From positions 22,734-86,733 of the forward strand of contig JAYUJN010000040.1 in NCBI GenBank assembly GCA_043765195.1: DNA of 64,000 nt, given 5' to 3'. Made by a program: the position numbers and the translations under genes. Under the pieces are notes generated by a model. The model saw only the letters and a program-made list of their open reading frames with translations, was not told where the DNA came from and ran no database searches. Positions 56,326 to 64,000 of this stretch are shown here, in pieces. This DNA is from Bacteroidota bacterium (GTDB lineage: Bacteria > Bacteroidota > Bacteroidia > UBA7662 > JAYUJN01). How positions within the stretch are numbered: the stretch's first letter is position 1; each line of letters starts with the position of its first letter.

Positions 56326-59300
56326 TTATTTAGAAATAATTAAACGCTGTATTTTCTCACTCTCGCCTTGTACTACTTTTAGGGTATAGTTGCCAGATTG
56401 GAACTGACGTACATCTATTTGGGTACGTACTTCCACACCTCGTTCCAAGTCCATCTCAGAAGCATACACTACTTTGCCCCTGGCATCGTACATTACTATG
56501 CTCGCCTCACCTGCATCTCCTTTTAGTACTACATTAAACACTGTGTTGCTCGGGTTCGGATACACTTTCAAAGTAAGCTCTTTGGTTATGTCCGCCAAAA
56601 CTACTTTTATCCAATTGCCTCTCAACACCTCGCTCTTGCCATCAAAGTCAAACTGTACTACTCGGTAGTAGCTCTCGCCTGTGTATGGTTCGTAGTCTAT
56701 CACACCGTATTTCTGGCGTATGTTCGTTGTGCCGAAGCCTTTTTTGGTAGCTATCAACTCTGGTGTTTCGCCGATGTTGCGTACTCGCTCCACCTCAAAC
56801 CTGTCGTTGTTTATCTCGCTGGCTGTACTCCAATCTACATACACGTGCCTATCTACAGCCCTCACGCTCAAATCTATCAGCGTTACTGGCGTAGGTGTGG
56901 CGTTGAACAAACCTACATCTATCGTAGTGTTGTTTTCGCCGCTACCCAATACGATTGGGTTTATGCGACCCGTTGCTGGGTTGGCATCACTGTCTTTGGT
57001 TGGGTCTGTGCCTATTTGTTGTGGGCTGTAATCAAAACCTGATGGCTTGCCAAACTCTACAATATAGGGTTTGCCTGGCATCAATCCGCTGAACACATAA
57101 TTGCCGTTGGCATCTGTGGTCGTGGTGGCTATCGTCGCTCCATTGCCGTCAAGCAATTTCACTACAATACCCGATACACCTGGTTCTCCTGGGTCTTGCA
57201 CGCCGTCTTTGTCCGTGTCGTTAAACACCTTGTCGCCTAAGCTCGCAGGTATGTAAATACCCATGTCCACCGTCAAGTTGCTTGCACCTGAACCCAGGGT
57301 ATATGTACCCGTTTTGCCAGTAGCCACGTCGGCATCGCTGTCTTTGGTGTCATCGCTGCCAGCATCTTTTGTGGTTATCACGCTGCCTGCTGGCTTGGTG
57401 AATATTACATAGTAGCTGCCTGGGGTTAAGTTGTCAAACAAATAATTACCATTGACATCTGTAACCTTCGTGCTTATTACCCCATTCGTAGTGGCATCGT
57501 ATAGCGTAGCTGTTACACCAGCAATACCTTGCTCACCCACATCTTGCACGCCATTGGCGTTCTTATCCATAAATACTTTATCACCTAATTTAGCAGGTAT
57601 ATATATACCCATATCTACGGTCAAATTGTTTTCGCCCGCTGCAAGGGTATATGTACCCGTTTTTCCAGTAGTTACGTCGGCATCGCTGTCTTTGGTATCA
57701 TCGCCACCAGCATCTTTGGTCGTTATTATGCTACCCGCTGGCTTGGTAAATATTACATAGTAGCTTCCTGGGGTAAGGTTGTCAAACAAATAGTTGCCAT
57801 TGGCATCTGTAACCTTGGTGCTTACTACCGCATTTGTGGTGGCATCGTATAGCGTGGCTGTTACACCTGCTACACCTGGCTCACCCGCATCTTGCACGCC
57901 GTTGGCATTGCTGTCGGTAAATACTTTATCACCTAATTTAGCAAGTTTCACAAAACCTGCATCTATGTCCGTGCGTACCTGACCTTGACCCAATACGATT
58001 GGCTGTGTGCGACCGTTCGTGCCAGCATCGCTGTCTTTCGTGCCATCGCCACCTGCGCCACCTATTGTGCCTATATAGCCCGTTGGTGTGGTAAAGCCTA
58101 CGGTGTATGTACCTGCTGGCAAGCCATTAAATACATATTCTCCGTTTGGTCCTGTAACAACACTCGCTATCGGGTTGCCGCTTGCATCGAACAACGTTAC
58201 CGTTACACCTGCAATGCCTGGCTCTCCTGGGTCTTGTACACCATCGCCGTCTCTGTCTTCCCATACAAAATTACCAATAGAACCTGGTACATAAATACCT
58301 GCATCTACCGTCGGATTGTATTGTCCACCTACCAAGGTGTAAGCAACTGTTTTACCAGTAACTGGGTCTGCATCACTGTCTGTACCATCAGCACCTATGT
58401 CTTTTTTGGTAAATATCGCATTTGCAGGCAAAGTGCTAAATCCTACGCTGTACGTGCCAGGCTGCAAGTTCACAAATGTGTATGCGCCGTTTTGGTCGGT
58501 TATCGTAGTAGATATTGGCGTACCTGCGCTGTTAAACAACGTTACTGTTACACCTGGTACACCCACTTCTGTGGCTTCTTGTATGCCATTGGCATTCACA
58601 TCGTTCCATACAAAGTTACCCAAACCAGCAAGCGGTGTATTGCTTTTCACACCTGCATCAAGGTCTCTGTTGTTCTGACCAGCAGCCAGCGTTACAGTTG
58701 GCGTTCTGCCAGTTGTAGCATCTGCATCGCTGTCTTTGGTATCGTCTGTGCCAGCATCTTTTGTGGTAAATACAAATCCTTGCGGCAAGTTGTTAAATCC
58801 TACACTGTACGTGCCAGGCGTTAAGTTGGGGAACAAATAGAACCCGTTTACGTCCGTAACCGTACTACCTACTGCGTTGCCAGCTCCGTCATACAACGTT
58901 ACTGATACGCCCTCTACACCAGGTTCGTTTGCATCTTGTACGCCATCGCCATTCAAATCATTGAATACAAAGTCGCCAAGGCTCGCCAACGCCGCATTCG
59001 GTTTGTTGATGCCCGCATCTAAGGTTTGGTTGTACTCACCCGTTACCAAGGTAACTTGTTGGGTTTCGCCAGTTGTAGTGCTTGCATCGCTGTCTTTGGT
59101 GTCGTCTGTTCCACTGTTTGATGGGCTAAATGAATAGCCAGTTGGTAAATTGCGGAATTTTACGCTGTACGTGCCAGGGGCTAATCCATTAAATATGTAT
59201 TCACCCAATGCGTCTGTTATCGTTGTGGCTATTACATTGCCCGATACGTCTAACAAATCTACTACCACGCCTTGTACACCTACTTCACCTGCATCTTGTA

Positions 59301-62300
59301 CACCGTTTGTGTTGGTATCGTACCATACAAAATTGCCCAAGCTCGCATTATTTGGCGGAGGAGTAAGGTAAATACCCGCATCTACTGTTGGGTTAAACTG
59401 ACCGCTTGTAAGCGTATAGTTGCCAGTTCTGCCTGTTTGTACGTCTGCATCGCTATCTTTGGTGTCATTTCCACCCAAATCTTTGCCCGTAAATGTATAA
59501 CCAATCGGCAATGTGAAGCCTACGCTGTACGTGCCTGGTACTAAATTATTGAACGAGTAAAAGCCTGTGGCATCGGTAATTGTGGTCGCCACTGGGCTTC
59601 CGTTTACGTCAAACAAGGTTACGGTTACACCCGATACACCTGTTTCGCCAGCGTCTTGTACGCCGTCTTTGTTGCTATCTATCCACACATAATTACCTAA
59701 ACCTGCATTCGGAGTTGAGTACAAACCTGCATCTATTGTGGTGTTGTTTTCACCAGATGCCAAAGTTACTGGGGCAGAGCGTCCACTTGATGTGTTGGCG
59801 TTGCTGTCTTTGGTTGGGTCTGTGCCTTGGCTCGCAGGGCTAAATGTAAGTCCGTTCGGACGGATAAATTCTACTGTGTAAGTGCCAGGAGCTAAGTTTG
59901 TAAAACTATATGCACCCAAAGCGTCGGTGGTCGTTGTGCCTACGGTGTTGCCACCAGCATCAAGTAAATTCACCGTTACGCCTACGATACCTGCCTCGCC
60001 TGCATCTTGTATGCCGTTTTGGTTGGCATCTGCAAATACAAAGTTACCAAGTGCGGCTGGTTGGAAAAATCCAAAGTCCACTGTTAGGTTTGAGTTGGCA
60101 TCTGGTACGCCCGCTGGGTTGTTGCTTGGGTTTTCGCCCGTTGGCTCGCCGCCTACTGTAAGGGCTACCGTGCCGCTGCGGGTTTCACCTGCTACGGTTG
60201 TTACGCCATTGTCGTTGTTATCGCCGTTGGTATTTGGGTTCGCCTCCTGACCTGCGCCTGTGCTGCTGTTGAAGCCCAATGGGTTTACAACGCCTACAAT
60301 GTAGCTGCCAGGTTTTAGGTTGTTGAACAAATAATTGCCGTTGGCATCTGTGGTGGTGGTATTGATAGCCGCTCCGTCAGGTTGTCCATCGTTGTTGGCA
60401 TCGGCATATAATTTTACCGTTGCGCCTGCTATTGGTGCTTCGCCTGCATCTTTCAAACCGTTATTGTTGGCATCTAACCACACTTGGTTACCCAAGTTCA
60501 ATGGCTGATAAAAACCTGCATCTACGTCTGTTTTTGCATCGCCACTGTTTAAAGTTACAGCATTGCTACGTCCAGTTGTGGTGTTGGCATCACTGTCTTT
60601 GGTTGGGTCTGTGCCTGTACCTTGTGGTGATGAGGTAAAGTTCGCTGGTTTCACAAATTCTACGATGTAACTACCTGGTGCCAAGTTTGCAAACAAATAG
60701 TTGCCGTTGGCATCGGTTGTGGTTGTAACTGGCTGACCGTTTGCACCCAATACTGGGTTGCCTGCTGCATCAAGTAATTTTACAATTACACCTGCTATGC
60801 CTGGCTCTGTTGGGTCTTGTACGCCGTCTTGGTTGTCATCACGGAATACTTTATCGCCCAAACTCGCTGGAACGTAAAATCCGAAGTCCACTGTTAGGTT
60901 GCTGCTGTTGTCGGCAGTACCTGCTGGGTTGTTGCTTGGGTTTTCGCCAGTTGGCTCTGTTCCTGCTGCAAGACTTACTACACCGCTGCGGGTTTCACCT
61001 GCTGTGGTTGTTACACCGTTGTCGTTGTTGTCGCCGTTGGTATTCGGATTTGCCTCCTGACCTGCACCTGTGCTACTCACATAAGTACCGCCTGGGGTTA
61101 CACCTACCACATAATCACCTGCTCTTAAGCCTGTGAATATATACAAACCGTTTGCATCGGTGGTAGTTGTAGCCAAAACCGTAGTGCCTGCTGCATTATA
61201 CAACTTAACCGTTGCGCCTGCTATCGGCAATTCACTGGCATCTTTTATGCCGTTGTTGTTGGTATCTATCCATACTTGGTTACCCAAGTTGAGTGGTTTT
61301 GTAAATCCAGCATCAATCGTGTTGTCCGTTTGTCCGCTACCCAATGTGATGGGTTGAGTACGTCCAGTTGTAACGCTTGCGTTGCTGTCCTTGGTTGGGT
61401 CTGTGCCTGCATTCGGGTTTGATGGGTCGAAGCCACTTGGTTTCACAAACTCTACAATGTATGTGCCTGGTACTACATCAAAGAAGTAATTACCATTTGC
61501 ATCGGTTACAGTGGTAACTGGCTGACCAGTTGGTCCCAATACTGGGTTGCCTGCACCATCAAGTAATTTTACAATTACGCCTGCTATGCCTGACTCGCCT
61601 GCATCTTGTATGCCATCGCCGTTTAAATCATCAAATACTTTGTCGCCTATGCGGGCTGGTTTATAGAAACCAAAATCCACTGTTAGGTTGCTGCTGTTGT
61701 CGGCTATGGTTGAACCATTATTGCTCGGGTTTTCACCAGTTGGCTCTGTTCCCGCTGCAAGGCTTACTACACCGCTACGGGTTTCGCCTGCTGTGGTTGT
61801 TACACCGTTGTCGTTGTTGTCGCCATTGGTATTCGGGTTCGCCTCCTGACCTGCACCTGTGCTACTCACAAAAGTGCTGCCTGGGGTTACGCCCACTACA
61901 TAATCACCTGGTTTTAGGTTGTCAAACAAGTATAAACCATTGGCATCAGTGGTGGTGGTAGCCAAAACCGTAGTGCCTGCGGCATTGTACAACTTAACCG
62001 TTGCACCTGCTATGATTGGCTCGCCAGCGTCTTTTACGCCGTTGTTGTTCGTATCTTCCCACACTTGGTTACCCAAGTTTACTGGTTTGTAAAAACCTGC
62101 ATCAAGCGTTTGATTGCTCTGACCTGATGTAAGTGTTACGGTTTGTGTTTTACCAGTTGTTACGTCTGCATCGCTGTCTAATTCATCATCGTTACCAGCA
62201 TTGGCAATGGTTGGCGTATAGCCAGCAGGGTTTGCAAACCCAACTGAATAAGTACCTGGTGCCAAGTTTGTAAATTGGTAGAAACCAAGTGCATCGGTGG

Positions 62301-64000
62301 TTGTAGTACCTATGCTCGCACCTGCTGCATCAAAAAGGGTTACGGTTACGCCCGCAAGTCCATTTTCGCCTACTTCTTGTACGCCGTTGGCATTTTTATC
62401 TTCCCATACGTAATTGCCCAAGGTAGCAGGGGCATAAAACCCGAAGTCCACCGTTAAGTTGCTATTGTTGTCGGCTGTGCCTGCTGGGTTGTTGCTTGGG
62501 TTTTCGCCCGTTGGCTCTGTACCTACTGCAAGGGTTACTACACCGCTGCGGGTTTCGCCTGCTGCTGTGGTTACACCGTTGTCGTTGTTGTCGCCGTTGG
62601 TATTTGGATTCGCCTCCTGACCTGCACCTGTGCTACTTACAAAAGTACCACCTGGCGTTACGCCTACTACATAATCGCCTGCGGTTAAGCCTGTAAATAT
62701 GTACAAACCGTTGGCATCGGTAGTCGTAGTAGCCAAAACCGTAGTGCCTGCTGCATTGTACAATTTAACGGTTGCACCTGCTATGATTGGCTCGCCAGCA
62801 TCTTTCACACCGTTGTTGTTGGTGTCTATCCATACTTGGTTACCCAAGTTCATTAGTGGTGTTATGGCAATGTCGGAAATATCGGAGTCATCTTGGTCGC
62901 CGTTTCCACCGTTTATTTCATCGTCGGTTACAGTACCGTCGTTGTTTGGGTCGGTGTCGGGCGTAGAATCTACGTCGTTGCCGCTGTCGTTAGAAATTTC
63001 GGCTGTGTTGCGCAAAGATGTACCTGCGTTTGCATTTACAGTCAAAACGATGTTTACGCTCTGAGACGCACCTGCGGCTATGCTTGCAATGGTTGTAGTG
63101 GCGTTGCTGCCACTTGCTGTCCATGCTGCGTTGTCGGCTGGTACAAATGTAAATCCTGCTGGAATGTAGTCCGTTACTTGGGTATTGGTTGCTACTACGT
63201 TTCCTTGGTTAAATACCTCTACTTTAAAGGTTACTTTGCTACCAATTACGATTGGCGTAGGTGCAGAAGCAACGGTTTTGCGTAGTGCAAGGTCAAAGCG
63301 TATGCTGTTGAAACCAAAGTCGTAGGTATGGTTGTTTTCGCCATAACCGCCTGTGGTAAGTGCTTTTATTACGTTTGAGCCGCTGGTTGTGCCATCGTTG
63401 TCTATGGCATCGTTTGAGCCTTGGTCGGCTGGGCTAAGGGTTAAGCCAGCAAGTGCCGTGGCGTTTGCGCCTGCGGTTGGTATGCGTATTTCGTAGTTTG
63501 TGTTTGGTGCCAGACCCGTAAAAATGTAATTACCGTTGGCATCAGTGATTTTTGTAGCCACTAAGTTGCCATTTTGGTATAGTTGCACGGTTACGCCTGC
63601 TCTGCCTGTTTCGCCAGCATCTTGTATGCCGTCGCCGTCGGTATCGTTCCATACACGGTTACCTATTTCTATCGGAGCCAAGCCACACATTACTTCTATG
63701 TCGCCCACACCGTTTGCCTTACTAAACGTAGAAGCATCAAAAGATTCATATAACTCATACTGAGTACCTATTTGTCCGTTTGTATTAGACATGTGGGCTA
63801 TACCACCCGTTCTTATCCTACCACCTGGGTCCATGATTGTGGTTAGCACTTCACCAGAACCTGGTAACGTGGCTATACCACCTTGGGCAGATTCTTGGTG
63901 CGCAGGAAATGGGTCTTCTTGGTAGTAAAATTCACCACCGCCTATGCCTTGTCCGTTGTTTGCGCCTGATGTAGTAGTTGTAATGCCGTTGCTTGTGATA
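56326..64000 (-). CDS. giant T9SS-secreted repetitive adhesin built from SdrD B-like/Cna-B-type calcium-binding repeats (5' end beyond the window)
   Basis: More than 2500 aa. The reading frame stays open to the window edge and the ORF-track start is a GTG. Contains at least 20 ~110-aa repeats, each with a DxNxDGxxDxxE-like motif and a TDANGxYxF core (e.g. LGNQVWIDTNNNGVKDAGEPIIAGATVKLY...TTTDANGLYIF). C-terminal T9SS sorting domain (LKVYPNPSNTVFNVVL...GNYTLKVV). Confidence 0.8.
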   Translation of the reverse strand, partial: ITSNGITTTTSGANNGQGIGGGEFYYQEDPFPAHQESAQGGIATLPGSGEVLTTIMDPGGRIRTGGIAHMSNTNGQIGTQYELYESFDASTFSKANGVGDIEVMCGLAPIEIGNRVWNDTDGDGIQDAGETGRAGVTVQLYQNGNLVATKITDANGNYIFTGLAPNTNYEIRIPTAGANATALAGLTLSPADQGSNDAIDNDGTTSGSNVIKALTTGGYGENNHTYDFGFNSIRFDLALRKTVASAPTPIVIGSKVTFKVEVFNQGNVVATNTQVTDYIPAGFTFVPADNAAWTASGSNATTTIASIAAGASQSVNIVLTVNANAGTSLRNTAEISNDSGNDVDSTPDTDPNNDGTVTDDEINGGNGDQDDSDISDIAITPLMNLGNQVWIDTNNNGVKDAGEPIIAGATVKLYNAAGTTVLATTTTDANGLYIFTGLTAGDYVVGVTPGGTFVSSTGAGQEANPNTNGDNNDNGVTTAAGETRSGVVTLAVGTEPTGENPSNNPAGTADNNSNLTVDFGFYAPATLGNYVWEDKNANGVQEVGENGLAGVTVTLFDAAGASIGTTTTDALGFYQFTNLAPGTYSVGFANPAGYTPTIANAGNDDELDSDADVTTGKTQTVTLTSGQSNQTLDAGFYKPVNLGNQVWEDTNNNGVKDAGEPIIAGATVKLYNAAGTTVLATTTTDANGLYLFDNLKPGDYVVGVTPGSTFVSSTGAGQEANPNTNGDNNDNGVTTTAGETRSGVVSLAAGTEPTGENPSNNGSTIADNSSNLTVDFGFYKPARIGDKVFDDLNGDGIQDAGESGIAGVIVKLLDGAGNPVLGPTGQPVTTVTDANGNYFFDVVPGTYIVEFVKPSGFDPSNPNAGTDPTKDSNASVTTGRTQPITLGSGQTDNTIDAGFTKPLNLGNQVWIDTNNNGIKDASELPIAGATVKLYNAAGTTVLATTTTDANGLYIFTGLRAGDYVVGVTPGGTYVSSTGAGQEANPNTNGDNNDNGVTTTAGETRSGVVSLAAGTEPTGENPSNNPAGTADNSSNLTVDFGFYVPASLGDKVFRDDNQDGVQDPTEPGIAGVIVKLLDAAGNPVLGANGQPVTTTTDANGNYLFANLAPGSYIVEFVKPANFTSSPQGTGTDPTKDSDANTTTGRSNAVTLNSGDAKTDVDAGFYQPLNLGNQVWLDANNNGLKDAGEAPIAGATVKLYADANNDGQPDGAAINTTTTDANGNYLFNNLKPGSYIVGVVNPLGFNSSTGAGQEANPNTNGDNNDNGVTTVAGETRSGTVALTVGGEPTGENPSNNPAGVPDANSNLTVDFGFFQPAALGNFVFADANQNGIQDAGEAGIVGVTVNLLDAGGNTVGTTTTDALGAYSFTNLAPGTYTVEFIRPNGLTFSPASQGTDPTKDSNANTSSGRSAPVTLASGENNTTIDAGLYSTPNAGLGNYVWIDSNKDGVQDAGETGVSGVTVTLFDVNGSPVATTITDATGFYSFNNLVPGTYSVGFTLPIGYTFTGKDLGGNDTKDSDADVQTGRTGNYTLTSGQFNPTVDAGIYLTPPPNNASLGNFVWYDTNTNGVQDAGEVGVQGVVVDLLDVSGNVIATTITDALGEYIFNGLAPGTYSVKFRNLPTGYSFSPSNSGTDDTKDSDASTTTGETQQVTLVTGEYNQTLDAGINKPNAALASLGDFVFNDLNGDGVQDANEPGVEGVSVTLYDGAGNAVGSTVTDVNGFYLFPNLTPGTYSVGFNNLPQGFVFTTKDAGTDDTKDSDADATTGRTPTVTLAAGQNNRDLDAGVKSNTPLAGLGNFVWNDVNANGIQEATEVGVPGVTVTLFNSAGTPISTTITDQNGAYTFVNLQPGTYSVGFSTLPANAIFTKKDIGADGTDSDADPVTGKTVAYTLVGGQYNPTVDAGIYVPGSIGNFVWEDRDGDGVQDPGEPGIAGVTVTLFDASGNPIASVVTGPNGEYVFNGLPAGTYTVGFTTPTGYIGTIGGAGGDGTKDSDAGTNGRTQPIVLGQGQVRTDIDAGFVKLAKLGDKVFTDSNANGVQDAGEPGVAGVTATLYDATTNAVVSTKVTDANGNYLFDNLTPGSYYVIFTKPAGSIITTKDAGGDDTKDSDADVTTGKTGTYTLAAGENNLTVDMGIYIPAKLGDKVFMDKNANGVQDVGEQGIAGVTATLYDATTNGVISTKVTDVNGNYLFDNLTPGSYYVIFTKPAGSVITTKDAGSDDTKDSDADVATGKTGTYTLGSGASNLTVDMGIYIPASLGDKVFNDTDKDGVQDPGEPGVSGIVVKLLDGNGATIATTTTDANGNYVFSGLMPGKPYIVEFGKPSGFDYSPQQIGTDPTKDSDANPATGRINPIVLGSGENNTTIDVGLFNATPTPVTLIDLSVRAVDRHVYVDWSTASEINNDRFEVERVRNIGETPELIATKKGFGTTNIRQKYGVIDYEPYTGESYYRVVQFDFDGKSEVLRGNWIKVVLADITKELTLKVYPNPSNTVFNVVLKGDAGEASIVMYDARGKVVYASEMDLERGVEVRTQIDVRQFQSGNYTLKVVQGESEKIQRLIISK

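Noticed and set aside
57452-63763. Many plus-strand ORFs (up to 279 aa) opposite the giant adhesin gene
   Set aside because: They are antisense shadows of a highly repetitive Gly/Thr/Asn-rich coding region. Their Cys/Arg/Leu-rich translations have no domain character, and the repeat structure produces long stop-free antisense frames.

Overview
This window reads as a chromosomal segment from a Bacteroidota genome: T9SS C-terminal sorting domains, a GldD-like lipoprotein, ECF sigma factors, a TonB-dependent receptor, and a GC-rich third-codon-position bias. Most of it is housekeeping: a translationally coupled shikimate block (fused DAHP synthase/chorismate mutase-aroB-aroA), smc, dxs, rlmH, rnhB, tatD, rocD, sucC, tsaC, maf, queD, hldD, a PPTase and a bacillithiol-type YtxJ. 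The accessory content is: (i) a tripartite ABC/HlyD/TolC exporter whose ABC protein appears to have a catalytically dead ATPase domain; (ii) a visibly AT-rich three-gene island (26.2-29.7 kb) encoding a Cas4-like Fe-S PD-(D/E)xK nuclease, a protein with a HEPN-like Rx4H motif and an Rpn/YhgA-family nuclease, with paired palindromes on its left flank, which is my best candidate for an undescribed defence or mobile module; (iii) two paralogous pairs of an ECF sigma factor plus an anti-sigma-like partner whose C-terminus looks like an outer-membrane beta-barrel; (iv) two giant T9SS-secreted surface proteins, one of 1773 aa and one of more than 2500 aa that runs off the window end and is built from near-identical ~780-bp tandem DNA repeats; (v) several non-coding elements: a two-copy structured element with compensatory stem changes, a cluster of five perfect palindromes, and a 26-bp x6 tandem repeat next to a candidate small-RNA locus. 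Coordinates for starts inside ORF-track entries were reassigned by eye from signal peptides and conserved N-termini, so they are approximate.
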